Assembly (NCBI GenBank): GCA_039545335.1
Contig: BCIN01000001.1
Location: forward strand, 1,919,129 to 1,983,128
Length of the DNA: 64,000 nucleotides
Direction of reading: 5' to 3'
Origin: Kondoa subrosea
Lineage: Eukaryota
Positions within the stretch are counted from its first letter, which is position 1. Each line of letters opens with the position of its first letter. Below, in pieces: positions 50,981-64,000 of the stretch. The notes under the pieces are model-generated. The model saw only the letters and a list, made by a program, of their open reading frames with translations, searched no databases and was not told the DNA's origin. Made by a program: the position numbers and the translations under genes.

Positions 50981-52384
50981 TTATTGACTACTTGAGGAGC
51001 CTAATGTTTCATCGCTTGATGGCGCTGACGCCCTCGTTAGCTCAGGAAGATCTAGACTGGTAAATGAGTGAAAATACTGCTTATGTGACAGTACATACTC
51101 AGAAGCCATGGCGAGCACAATCTTCCAACGCTTCTCATAAAGGCACATGCTATGCCATGTACTGGATTGTGGCCGATTTGAAATGAACAGCTCAGGTTTC
51201 TTCCTTTTCTGCTTCCGCCTTTGCTTTGGCCATAGCTCTAGCTTTCGCTTCTGCCATACTTCTAGCTTGTAAATCATGTGCTATCATCACAAAAACATAA
51301 TCAGCATCTCATCCACTCTCTTCTTGAGAATTGCAAACTAACCCTGACAAATCTGATTAAAGATGATTAAAAGAGCCTCAACCGATTCTGATTTCAATTC
51401 CGCTTTTTTAAAAGTTTCCAAAATGATATGTTGAGCATGAGATTCAGTGAAAGAATCATTGTGCAATTTCGCTACTGCTACTTGTCCATCAATCAAAGTT
51501 CTGATATGAGCCAACAAATGAGCGGATTGTAATGCTGCTGTTGCTAATTGTGGATGAGGGGCAGTATGTTTCGGTGGTACTACTGCTGGAGCGGGAAGAG
51601 GTTTGGCTACTGTAGTAGTGTTGGTAATTGGAGTGGTGGAAGAAGCTTCAGTTTTGATAACCGGTTGAGGTTGCTCGAGTTCTGCTTTAGCTATTTCTAC
51701 TGCTGAATGAGAAACAGAGTCGATCATAGCTTGCAGATTGGCTTCGGGTGGATTATTTGGGATACTTGATGAGGAGGGTGCCGCAAAGACAGAAGGTAAA
51801 ACTGGTTTCGTTTCATACAACCCTGGTGATGGAGTAGGTGAAGGTGTATAAAGAGCGTTGACGCTATTTCCCGCTGCCGCGAGGTTCTTGACTGGTAATG
51901 GCAGAGCAGGTAAAGAGCTTGGAAGAGGTTTCACCGGGAGAGATTTGATTGAAGGTGTTGGCACTTCTTGCTTCACAGATACTGCTACTTCCTCCTTCCC
52001 ATTTGCAGTCGCAGCTTGCGCTATCGAAGCATCGAGAAAAGCAGATAGATCCAATCCGTCAGCTTCTTCTTCAGCTTTGACGCCTTTACCCGCTGCTGCC
52101 TTTGTTGCAGTGTTTGCAAAGTAGGCAGCGCTATTGGATGTATCCGCAGCTTTCTCTTGCACCGAAGGTATCCCTTGCTTCGCTTCATCTGCGTTTTCCG
52201 ACAACCCTTCTGTTCCAGCCAACAGGTTTGCCCAGATCTGATCATGTATCACCGCATCCTCATTCCCTTGCTCATGTGTAGAAGACCCTTTGGAAGCAGG
52301 AAGTTGCGATGTACTTGCTACAGGTGAAGCCAAATCTGGTGTTTGGGAAATACGTCTCTTCTTGGCAGAACGCTTTGCTGACAT
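50981..52384 (-). CDS. Hypothetical Pro/Ser/Ala-rich nuclear protein with helical C-terminal domain
   Basis: MSAKRSAKKRR NLS-like start, ~350-aa exon plus short 3' exons. Confidence 0.7.
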
Positions 52385-52679
52385 TGTTCCAATCTTGATT
52401 GAAGCAATACAAGAGACCGGGCGCAAGTATTGCTATGTTTCTTGAAGTCAAGACGCCGTTGAAAGCAACATACACAGGTTTGGAATTGGTAGGCAACTCG
52501 ATCTGCAATTGTCAGCGCTTGTGTTATTCGAGATGATATTGACAGCCTGATGTACTCGAACGAAAATCTACCATCATTCGGTCCCTTTTCATATTCCCCT
52601 ATACTTCACCTCAGTTTGGCCATTTGGCCAACTCATCTACAACCGAAGTCTTTCCGTCCATCCTATTCCATTCCAAACT

Positions 52680-53807
52680 TCAACGAGCATATTGACCCAA
52701 TTGAGCTCTCAAAGCCATGATCGCATTCCTCTGTTCCGGTCCCAGCGCATCAATCTGAGCCTGAGTCATGCTCATAACCTGTTGCAACAAAGCAGCTTGT
52801 TGAGCTTGACTCTGCTGTTGCTGTTGAGGTTGTTGTTGTGGTGGTGGTGCTTGTTGCTGAACGGGCTGAGGAGCGAATTGTTGTTGAAGAGGTGGAGGTT
52901 GCTGATAATAATTTTGAGCAGGAGGTGGAGCTTGTTGTTGTTGAGGCGGATAGTTGTATTGCTGAGGAGGTGGATTGGAAGGCATTTGTTGCTGTGGTGC
53001 GGAGGTGGAAAGCATGCGCTGCAGGATATCTGGGTTGACTACTTTCATTAAAACCATAGCTTGAAACAGAGCATATGCTAGCTGAGGATTGCCGTTGAGT
53101 AGTACTCGAGCTTGATCAGGCGATGTCGTAACAAGAGACTGGTTACTGAAGATGAGACATACTTTACTAACATCAAATCAAATGCCTGACTAACCTTCAT
53201 GTGTGACATAATATCCAATAATTGTTCAGGCGGTATCGTTGCTAATGTCTGAGAAATAGCGTCGGTTGCATTGACGCCGGGAGGTAGAGGAGTTCCAGCC
53301 GGAAGAGGTTTCGAATTGCCCATTTGAGGTCTGTTTTCCGGTGGAGGAATACGAGGAGCACCGCCAGTTGCACCTTTCCGCGACGAAGGATTCTTTTCCG
53401 GTTCAGCATGATCCACTCGAATAGCTCGACCAGCTAAATCGTAGCCATTCAGGTTTCTGACTGCCGAGGCAGCTGTTTCTACATCGTTATATTCCACGAA
53501 ACCTGTCGTACATTCAGCCTGCTGATCAATCACAGTATAGCCTTGTTTGCTGACCAAAGCCTTTCATTTTGCCAGTGTCTCTATCAAATACCAGACGCGC
53601 TGACACTACCGGTCCAACAGTTCTGAAAGCCTGCCCAGACTATCAGCAATGATTTCTTGAGTTGTAAAGCTGAGTAACGACATCGTAAAGCATCTCTTCT
53701 GTCTGTATAGCGATTGTCAGAATTTCGCGTTAAAAACAGCAATGACATAGACTAACGCAATTGTAAGGCAGATTGCCGATGAAGCAGCGATTTGTGGGTT
53801 GAGACAT
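52680..53807 (-). CDS. RNA15: Cleavage stimulation factor CstF-64/Rna15
   Basis: RRM (FIGNLPYN, LVFDRDTGKMKGFGFVEY, AASAVRNL), hinge DAISQTLATIPPEQLLDIMSHMK, C-terminal QVMSMTQAQIDAL.PEQR. Confidence 0.95.
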
Positions 53808-54016
53808 GCTTGTCTGTGAGTTGTAAATAGGTACGACAGGAAAACAAGAGGTTATAGCAAAACAGGATATAGGTTGCGAGAGCGGTCAAGTAGGCTACCA
53901 GAGCTCCTTATAAATTCGCTGCACAAATTCTGAGTGGCTCGAGCGAGTACCAGTATATGAGATCAAACGACGGACGTTGGAGCTCAACCAAGGTCCAGAA
54001 GATTTCAAGCAAGTGA

Positions 54017-55707
54017 ATGTCGGCTGTCAGAGCCGCAAAGCAGGCTGCAGGGAATCTCAGGCAGTATGCAACTGCGACTGCAAGCTCAAGCGCTATTCCT
54101 GTGAGTCTCTAGGCGATGTGATGGCAGAATTCCGAAATGACAGGCAAAAGCAGCCTATCTTGGAGGTAACGACTCTGTCCTCTGGTGTCAAGGTAGCTAC
54201 AGAGTCAACTCCTGGTCACTTTGCAGCCCTGGGTATCTATGTCAATTGCGGTAGTCGATATGAAACTACAGACACCCAAGGTGTCAGTCATTTGCTGGAT
54301 CGCATGTCCTTCTCTGTATGTTCTTTCGCTCTTTCCGATATGTGCTGCATCTAAATTCTTCGTACAGTCTTCCAAGAATCGAACAAGTGAGCAAATGACT
54401 GCCGAAATTGGTGCTCTGGGTGGCCAATTCTCTTCCACATCGTCGAGGGAAACCATGATCTATCAAGCTACTTCTTACTCTCACGCAATTCCACAAGCGC
54501 TCTCCATTCTTTCAGATACAGCGTTGAATCCGTCGCTGCATCCTGATGAAATTGATGTGCAACGAGATGCTGCATTCTATGAAATACAAGAGATTCGAGC
54601 AAAACCTGAGCTCATTATGCCAGAACTCCTGCATCAAGTAGCATACTCTGGGAAGACTTTGGGCAACTCGCTGCTGTGTCCTCAAAATCGAGTCAATGCA
54701 ATATCGCCGAATCTACTTCGAGCTTTCCATGAAGAATGGTACCGACCAGATCGGATGGTTGTGGCCGCTGCAGGAGTCAATCATGCTGAATTCGTCTCCC
54801 TCGTCGAAAATCAATTCAGTGCCTATGCTCCCAAACGCTTTGCTTCGCTCAATAACAGACTTAAATCCTCACCTTCTCTTGCCTTCATCCAGAAGCTTTC
54901 TACCTCTACCTCCTCCAAAGCTTCAATTCTTCCCGCATCAGCTACACCAGAAGCCTTATCCTCAGTTCCAGCAATTTACACCGGCGGAACTTCATACATC
55001 CCCGATCCAGAACTAGAATTCACTCATCTCTACATAGGATACGAATCTTTTTCGGTGCACGAAACAGAATACATCTACCCACTAGCCGTCTTGCAAACAC
55101 TGCTTGGAGGAGGTGGTTCTTTCTCAGCTGGTGGACCGGGCAAAGGAATGTATTCAAGATTGTACACTTCTGTTTTGAATCGATATCATCAAGTCGATTT
55201 CTGTTCGGCTTTCCATCATACGTACAACGATTCAGGTTTGTTTGGAATTAATATCGCTGTACATCCTCAAGCGACACATTTGGCACCTCGAATCATTGCG
55301 AGTGAATTGGAAAACTTGACTGTATTGAAAGGAAGAGGATGGGGAGCTAGTCAAGGGATCAGCGAGCAGGAATTGAAGAGAGCTAAAAATCAACTGAAGA
55401 GTATGTTGATGATGGCTTTAGAGTCCAGATCGATGCAGGTCAGTAAAGATGTGGTCAACGTTGAAGTTTAGGATGCTGATTCCAGATGGGATAGGTGGAA
55501 GATTTGGCCAGACAAGTTCAAGCTCAGGGTTACAAAGTTTCAGTAGAAGAAATGTGCGCCAAAGCGGATGCAGTCACGCTTCAGGATATTGTCAAAGTAG
55601 CCAATCTCATTCTCAAAAACGGCAAGAAACCGACGATACTGGCTAAAGGCAAACTGGATGGACTGCCTGATGTAGAAAGTTTGTTAAGAGCGCATGGATT
55701 GGCATAG
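54017..55707 (+). CDS. MAS2: Mitochondrial processing peptidase alpha subunit
   Basis: Presequence, GSRYE..GVSHLLDRMSF, SSRETMIYQ, glycine loop LLGGGGSFSAGGPGKGMYSRLY, RAKNQLKS. Confidence 0.96.
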
Positions 55708-56205
55708 GTGTGTTGTATTTGCTGTAATTGCGATATTTCAGCGGAAGCTCAATAAGCTGCTGCTTGAATCATGCGAAGGCTACTGCGCACTACACAACGA
55801 GAGACAATTGTAAAAAAAGGGCCTGAGCATAGATTAAACAATGCATTGTTCTTCACCATTCCGAGCAACTCCAATAGCCTCGGACGACCATCTGTGCTTA
55901 TAACTGCACCTTGACGACTCCGCTTGGTGGCCTGCGACAGGACAGGTAGAGCATTTGAAAGAACAAAGGGAACGTCAAATAAGGACAGATTCGCAAGAAG
56001 TCTGTGTTGCTCGGAAGCTGTGCACGTCCGTCTGTGGAGCTCTCTTCCTCTTCCTCTCTCCCTCTCTTTTCTACCTTCTACGAAGTCATTGGCCTTGTCT
56101 GGTTGATCGAATCGAAGAGCGAATTGCATACATTTCCCAAAGGTTGCAGCAAGAAACAGAATCGAAGCATATCTTGCTAGCCACCCTCCGCATCAGCAAG
56201 CTCGA

Positions 56206-58350
56206 ATGACAGCCGCTACCCAGCGTCTGCCTCCGATCTCAACCATTCAAGCAGTTCCGCACCTCGAGCAGAGACCTTCCTCACGGCCCTCTTCAGCTCA
56301 AAGCGCAACAGGTCGCTTTACTTCGCAAACGGCGGCTGCAATGACTTTGCAAGACTTGGCCTATTCTCCCAGGCATCAAGGCAATAGTACGTCTGGGAGT
56401 CATGCGCTCATTCATCAAAGCTGATCGAGAATTCAGCAACACCTGTCTTTATACCGCCGCTGACACCTAGAGGGGGACAAAACACGCCTTCTTCGCTTGC
56501 TCACGGCGAAACTTCGCCCAATAGATCGCCAGTCATATTAGACGGTAGAGGTCTTCGATCCAGCGGCCTACCTTCAACAGACGAGATGAATCGGAAGAGA
56601 ACAGCCTCTTCAGCAGGAATGAATGGGTCACGAAGACCTTCTTTTGGCAGTCAAGGGCAATCTTCGTATACTGGGATGAGGCATTCAGGTCCTGATTCTC
56701 ATGCGTACGCTTTCTCTGTGTTAACACTTTGCTATCGCCTATCTGACTATATTCTGCAGTAACGGAGAACCACAATCACCAGTAAAACAAGAACCTTCCG
56801 CTTCTCCGCCGAATCGCATGACTTTGCTCGCTAATAACGACGGTCAAACAGAAGAAGGGCAGCAAGAATCGGAAACAAGCCGTGGAAAGCGTCGCAAAGT
56901 GAACCTGAGTATCGGACAATCCAATTCAGCTCGATTACCTCCCTTGCATTTGAGCGCATCGACTCATCAACCGGGTCTAATGGCCCCTTCTGACGCTCAG
57001 CAATCGCCCGTCAGTCCTATCGTACAAGCTTTCGACGTCAACGCTGCTTTGCAAGATCCAAGCAGAGCTTCTCAGGTATTTCGATTGTTCAGCTAGACTC
57101 ATATCCAAGATTTTTATGTTCGAAATAGGTCCGCAAAAGCCTAAGCTTAATGGAGCAGCAGAAAGCTTTGATTGAGTCACGTAAATCAGGCGGACGTGCA
57201 ATCAGCGGCCAACAGCCTCAAGTCAGTGTCAAGGGTCAAGAAATGGAAGTCGATGAAAACGAGTGAGAGCTGTCAGACCCGATCAACGAAATCATTACTG
57301 ACTACGGCTTGCTCACAGAGAGTCAGAATCCGGTTCTGGAGGCTTAGCAGATCGTCGAGGTGAAAAGGCTCGAAACCTGAAGATTACTACTTCGATTGCT
57401 CGAGATCGAGCTGCTATCGGAATCCAAAGTGCCCCTATCAGACCTTCCAACTGGCAATCTTCAGTGCAGCAATCAGGTATGCGAACCAGCATCGACCATT
57501 CTGGACTCTTTCCTCCCATGCAGTCCCTGTCCAATCAAGGCGACAGAGAGCGATATCATCTTCCGCCCATGCAATTACGAGATCATCGATCTTTCAGTGG
57601 TCCGTCACGTCCTTCTGGCTATCCTTTAGGTGATAGACCTGCTCTATCTCCCATTCTTTCCGTCGGGGCCGATGCACCTCAATCCGCTTCTCAATACCAG
57701 CAACATCATCACTACGGCCAACCACACCGCTCTCCTATGCATCATCAGCAAGTCGATAAGGCTGCTTCCAAATCTGCTTTTCTAAACCTCTTCGACACCT
57801 TTTATGACTCGCTTGGGGATTCTCGAATCTTACAAGCCAATTTGGAGGAACAAATCAGAAGGTCTGCGCAACTTTTGGGCACTCTGCAACAATCTTCAGC
57901 TGTTTTTGAATCCTTGTTGGAAAGAAGGATTGCAGAATTGGTAAGTCTGCCTTTCCCTATTGCCTAATTCCTTCTCATTTAGTTTGTAAAAGGTCCGAAC
58001 GACTACTTTGGACTTTCAAGTTTTGGAGGGAAGGATCGAAAGACTGGAAAGAGCATATGAATCAAGCGGACCTTCCTTACCGCCTTTGACTCCTGGTTTG
58101 GCTTCTTTACAAAGACAACAGCAAGTACACGGTAATAATGCAGAAGGAACATTAAGTCAAGGTGCTCATCTTGTTGCTAATAGGCTAGAGAAATGTAAGT
58201 ACAGTTGCTATAATGCTAAGAAGAACGCTGAGAACTTTCGCTTTAGTGGAAAAGAGCTTGCAAGAAGGATCAGCTTTAGCTGGATCAGGCCTTTCTCGTC
58301 ATGCTACAAGCAATCTTCGTGGATCGGACAATGCAGTAGAAGAGAACTGA
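56206..58350 (+). CDS. Hypothetical Pro/Ser/Gln-rich protein with a C-terminal coiled-coil block
   Basis: Multiple exons; KSAFLNLFDTFYDSLGDSRILQANLEEQIRRSAQLL segment. Confidence 0.65.
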
Positions 58351-58766
58351 CCCACGTATACTCTAGTCCAGCATGCACAAGTACCTCGCAAGTCAGATTT
58401 TTGGCGGTGTTTCATCAGCATGAGTTTTAGTTATCGTCGTTATTATATGCCCTTGGTTTGTATAGCTTCACTCGTATAGATTGCACATAGATATCACCCT
58501 CTTCTGTATCATGCTCAAAACCCTTCAACGCTGTTCCTTGAATCCGATGACAACATGATTTTGGCGCTCGTCTTGATTCCACCACTTGCACATCTAGTCA
58601 GCGTCTCTGCGACCTCTTGACGCTTGTCTTGCTCTGTGCAGTACCGCTCTTGTCCGGAACCGCTCGCCTCTCGTTGAAAGCTCGAACCCAGCTCTCATTT
58701 TGGCGCAGTCTCTGTTTCCACACCTCACACATCTATTCTCGCTCGGATCAGAGAATCATAGCAATC

Positions 58767-60708
58767 ATGGCTACAGCTTCTCTTCAAAACATGGGGAAGA
58801 GCACTCTCCGTACAGTCAAGAATTATACGAAAGGCTACAGCGATGTTCAGCTTAAAGTCAGAGAAGCGACCTCGAATGACGGTAAGGCGGATTCACAAGG
58901 CATTCAGATAGTTTCTTACTCGCTCTGACGGATGGCTTACAGCTTGGGGTCCATCTGGAACTCAAATGAATGAAGTGGCTCAGATGACATACAACCAGTG
59001 CGTGATGCTTTTTGTTGTTCGCTTGTGAACTATAGTTGAACAGCTCAAGTACAGGCAAGATTTTGTTGAAGTGATGGAAATGCTCGACAAACGCTTGAAC
59101 GACAAAGGCAAGAATTGGCGTCATGTCTTCAAATCGCTTACCGTCTTGGATTACATTCTGCATGCTGGCAGTGAGAATGTAGTGCTATACTTCAGGTAAG
59201 ACATCCCCTTAGACACTCCGAAGTGATGCCCAGCCAGCATATTTCTATAGGGAGAATCTATACATCGTAAAGACGCTCAAAGAATTCGTCTACGTGGATG
59301 AGGATGGCAAAGACCAGGGTCAGAATGGTCAGTCGGTGCACGAGACTCTTCAGTATGAGCCTGATTCGTCCCGGCCCTATGATTGACAGTCCGCCAGAAA
59401 GCCAAGGATATCACCTCTTTGCTGATGGATGAAACCCGTCTGAAAGAAGCACGGAAAACTCGAGCACATATGCGAGAACGTCTAGCAGGTGGATCAACGG
59501 ATGTTCCAGTACCTGATGAATTCCTTGCTCCTCGTGCTGGTCGATCTTCTAGATCTACACCTCAACCTGAACGGCAAAGAAGAGGAGGAAGTACTAGAGA
59601 AGATGAGGATTTGAGGAGAGCGATTGAAGAAAGTAAGAGGATGGCAGAGAATGAATCTGGTCGACCGAGACAATCCAACAATGGCGATAAAGACTTGGAA
59701 GAAGCGTTGAGATTGAGTAGAGAAGAAGATGAGAAGCGAAGAAGAATGACGGAGAGCAGCAGTGCATTGTTTGATGAGCAACAGTATGTCAAGATAGTCT
59801 CTCGTCATGTCAAATTCTGACTGAAAGAGTCTTTCTCCATACAGAGAAGCCCGCGACTCGCTCATAGACTTGAATGGTCAACAGAATCAGCAAATGATGC
59901 CGCAGCAAACGGGAATGATGCCTCAATTCACCGGAATGCCTCAATTCAACTCTTACAACCCATATGCTGCACAACAACAAGCTCAGCAAGAAGAATATAT
60001 GCGAATGCAGCAGCAGTTGGAAATGCAAAGACAGGTGCGGGATTTTTAGGCGTGCTGTATTTATTATACTCTCTTCTAAAGTTCTTGGCACAGATGGAAG
60101 AACAGGCGGCAATGCAACAGATGATGCAGCAGCAAGCTTACTTACAGCAACAACAGCAACTTCAAGCTCAGCAACAGGCAATGCAAATGCAATATATGCA
60201 ACAAAATCAGCAACCTCTCGTACCTCAACCTACCGCCTTCGGCTCAAACAACCCTTTCGCAGGATTTGCTACTCCTTCACCTGCTCCTCAACCTATTCAG
60301 TCGCAAGTCACTGGGTTCGCACCTCAACAGACTTCTCCACCTCAACCTTCATCTGCTTTCGCTCCTTCTGCACCAGCACCTAAAAGACAGAATCAAGCCG
60401 ATAGCCAGCATGCTAATCTTGCTGCCGCTCTAGCTACTGGATCAGGTGTCGACACGTTCGTGTTTTCAGGCTGTCTTTGGATGAAAGCTGACTTCCGTGA
60501 TCTAGATTTGGTAATGCGGGAGATCTTCGTCTAGGTCAGGGAGATTTTTGGCAGAGATCAGCTAAGGCTGATCTGTTCAACTTCTTTGCTGACAGGCCAT
60601 ACCAATCCTTTCAACCGAGCGCAAAAGACTGGTTTGCAGAATCAACAGACTGGGTTTGGTGGTCAGCAACAGCAGCAACAACCAGCTCAACCTTTCTTCC
60701 AGCTGTGA
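58767..60708 (+). CDS. Epsin (ENTH, two UIM-like motifs, NPF motifs)
   Basis: [53 protein letters not shown] and [20 protein letters not shown], QxTG repeats. Confidence 0.95.
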
Positions 60709-61141
60709 GCAAGAGCAAGTAGGAGGGAGGGAAAAGCATGGACATCGTTATGAAGCTTTGATCTGTTTGTTTCGTGCTCCTTTGTACTGGGTATCAGTCC
60801 AATGGAAGTATCTGTGTATGCAATACTGATGTCAGACCATGAGACTTGTATTGACGCGTGGACTTGACATCGAAGCGTGAGCATCTTCCGTGCACTTTGC
60901 GCCGACTTGAGTTTGCTGCTTTCGCACTCCTATTCGACCGACTTTACGGAAAGAGACGATTCCTTTACATTAAGATTTCGCGTGTCAATGGGCGCTGCAA
61001 GACGTCACTTGTGTTCTCCTCTTGCATAAGAAAGAATTCGAACCTGGCCCGCAACTGCAAGCATTGACATAGACGAATCATCAAAGACTGATACCAGTGA
61101 TACCCTTGCAGCCCTTTATACCGTAGTGGCACAAGACTACC

Positions 61142-64000
61142 ATGTCAACGACGCCAGAGCGACCTGCCTCGAAACGGATCCAGCACAAAGATTCAGAGTC
61201 CTGGGATGATGACTTTCTCTGTGAGTAAAGGGCAATCTAATGCAGCAGACATTCCAGCTGATCTCTTCCTGTGATAGTCCAACAATCTGCTTCAGATCTG
61301 CACTTACCAATATCGTCAAACACGGCGTCACCTCAGAGTAAAGTCTCCAGAGCAACGCCTAAAGGATCAAAAGCTTTCCTTAATGGACCTTACAGCAAAG
61401 GATGGTCTTCAGCTGCAGCTTCTACTTTGAGCTTTGGCTCGGATTCAGAAAACGAGCCAACACTTACTCAAGCTACTATTTCAGCTCGAGCAAAAGGCAA
61501 ACTTTCTACTGCTTCTTCTTTTAACAAAGATGCTACGATCAAGCATCATCCAAATAAACAAAGACAAGCTTTGGCTGGTCCACGTAATGCTTCACATAGT
61601 TCTAGTTTTTCGACCAGTTCTTCTATTTCACCACATGATTGGCGATCTCCTACTCCTTCTTTGACTTCAGATATGGGTGGTTTAACAATATCAACGGAAG
61701 ATACCGAAAGTTGGGATGATTTGGATCGCTATCACTCAGCAACTGAAGCGGAAACGGAAGTTGAATGCGGTAGTATGGATTGTGGGAATGAGAGTTTCAA
61801 CAAGACTACTACGATGGATTCGTCAACGAAAAGAAGATCTGGGTTGAGAATGCCTTCTATTCCATCGATCTTCAAAGGCTCCCGAAGACGGTCTATGGTT
61901 CGAACAACATCACAGCAAGATTCGGATCGCTGGTCTAATGATCGTGATTTATCTTCTGAGCTACGAGCTGCCAAGACCAATGCTGCACAAGAAACAATTG
62001 GACCTATGGCAAAGCACAAACGAAGTGTTTCCATCCCTTCCACTGTCCAGTCAGACAATATCACTATCGTACCTCTAAGATCAAGAAACCGGTCAAGGAT
62101 AGAATCAAATGATGGGCAATCGATCAATCTTGGTACTCCGCCTCGGATGCCTCGACCTTCTCCTTCCGAAGCTTCGATGGATCGCCGTATTATGGACGCT
62201 ACATCCCTCGTATCAAATAGTCATGACAAATCATTAGAAGTATATCCGCAAAAAGCAGTCGCAAAAGCAACTTCTTCCACTGTGTCATTTGTCAGCGATT
62301 CAGCGGAAGATTCGGATGAGAGGGCTTCGCTTACATCCTCGAAACGCGTGAGGAAGAAGAAACTCAAGCGTCGAAGTAGAGTGGTGTCGATGACGACCGA
62401 TTCAAACGCCCTCACAACTTCACCAATAAGCTTGAGTGGGTCGATGGTGCAAATACCCAATAGCCCTGTCAATAGCCCTGTCGAGAGCGTGCCGCCCTTA
62501 TCACCTACCTTTTCTTTGAACTCCAGAACGTCAACGCAACAGAATACATCGCCAACGCCTAGAAGAAGACCTCTTTCTTTCAGCATGATGCTTCCGACTC
62601 GTTCACCTTCCCTGTCTTCTTCGCGACCATCAATAGCTCAAACACAATCTGACCTGGTCGCTTCTCGCCCGTCAACAGGCTGGAAGAAATTTCACCGACC
62701 TTCATCTTCAATTGGTTCTATTCCAACATCAATGTCATCTTCGACCCCTTCTTTACCTCTCGAACCAGCGCAAACTACTACTTCCGGACTGTTCGCTCGC
62801 GCTAGAGCTTTCTCTCGAGCTCGCTCTCCTCCTCCACCTGTTCCACCTGTTCCTTCAGTACATGCACATCATCAACAACCTCTTTCATCTATGCCAAAAT
62901 CATCTTCTGTAGCATCCACCCTTTCAGTACAGTCATCAGCATCTACTATCAGACCCACTAATCAGCGACAGCATTCAGCATCTTCTCAAACCAAAAGTTC
63001 ACCTTTCTCACACACGTTTGATTCCCCTCTTTCCAGTCATGTCTCAGATTTCGATACCATCAACGAAGCTCACGAACCTACGACACCTATCAAAGGTAAA
63101 GCTCTATCACGAACAACTTCAGCCAAGCACGATTTACCTCCTCTCAATCTTCCACCTATTCAACTTGTCACAAGAGCAGGAAGTAGTGAACAATTATCTG
63201 TTAGGACTCCTTCTCGACTAGCTCCGAATGGTCAAGCGCTAGATCCTACTCCTTCTTACTTCCCTTCACCTTCCAACAGCCTCAAACGACCCCTTACTAC
63301 AACAGCGACCTCTCGACCTAATTCTTACTTCACAATCGGTACTTCTTCGGGTGGGAACATCTCGCCTGGTAAAGATATTGCGCCTATAGAAGCTGGAAGA
63401 GGTTCACCAGTCATGAGAAGAGTTAGTTTGAGCGATCTAAGGATCCCAAGCAGGATTACGAATGCTCAAGCGAGGATTGGTCAAGATTTGAAAAGGGTTA
63501 AAGAGTTCAAAGCTGGTGTTGAAGGTGAGCATGGTATCGCTGCTATGCTGCGATATGTAGCTGAAGTGTCGCCATGGTGTTCATAGAGCTCAAAGAACTT
63601 CGCAAAACTTATCAATCTCTCATGTCTGGAGCTACTGCCACTGTATTCAATGCAACACCAGATATGGTCAAAGAAGGTACATCGCCTTCTCCTCAATCCC
63701 ATCCTCCTCCTCCAGCAGCAACTTCAGTCAAATTAGAAAGTGCAGTCAAGCGAATCGAAACTCAATATGCAGTGCATTGGGAATGTTGCGATGTCCTGAT
63801 CGATCTAGCTGATGGAACCGAGGATGAAACTCCTGCTGCTGTAGCTGCAAGAAGAGAACGCTGCGTTTCAATGATGCCCATCGGTGGTGGTGCAAGTCCA
63901 GCTCGAAATACATCAGCAACAAGTCAACAGGCTACTGCTGAGTTAGAAGCCTCTTTGACCGAAGAACCACTACTTTCACCTCAATTTCGGCAAATGGAAT
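61142..64000 (+). CDS. Large Ser-rich hypothetical protein, 3' end beyond window
   Basis: Exon 1 ends ESWDDDFL (GTGAGT donor), ~770-aa second exon, SLSDLRIPSRI..RVKEFKAGVE block. Confidence 0.75.

Noticed and set aside
52692..53051. Leu/Val-rich + strand ORFs resembling membrane proteins
   Set aside because: Antisense to the Gln/Pro-rich linker of RNA15.
1..64000. CRISPR array, tRNA or rRNA genes, LTR/LINE reverse transcriptase or DDE transposase
   Set aside because: I recognised no repeat-spacer periodicity, cloverleaf, rRNA motif or transposase/RT motif by eye. A dedicated scan could still find a tRNA.

Overview
This is gene-dense eukaryotic DNA with many ~50-nt GT-AG introns and intergenic gaps of mostly 100-300 bp. 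I infer a basidiomycete fungus, plausibly Pucciniomycotina. About 27 spliced genes can be read by hand, including an SDR, DUF427, URC1/urg1, a DHHC palmitoyltransferase, Tpr/Mlp1, a Ser/Thr kinase, an M28 carboxypeptidase, PPIL4, a Rap GTPase, a ZNF830-like protein, OYE, SFM1, ISD11, OLE1, RNA15, MAS2 and epsin. The standout is an accessory island at ~23.6-31.4 kb. It holds a 4-exon, ~1104-aa Fanzor1-like (eukaryotic TnpB/Cas12-family) RuvC nuclease gene at 27520->24053. That protein has an N-terminal NLS, and its RuvC-II catalytic layout looks TnpB-canonical rather than Fanzor-rearranged. A hairpin-dense G/U-rich candidate omegaRNA lies downstream, and I see no transposase or terminal inverted repeats. 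Other oddities are a triple tandem [beta-domain + F-box] protein, a divergent profilin-like protein and a large protein with a novel Trp-anchored repeat. All exon boundaries and family calls come from reading motifs by eye; no database search was run.
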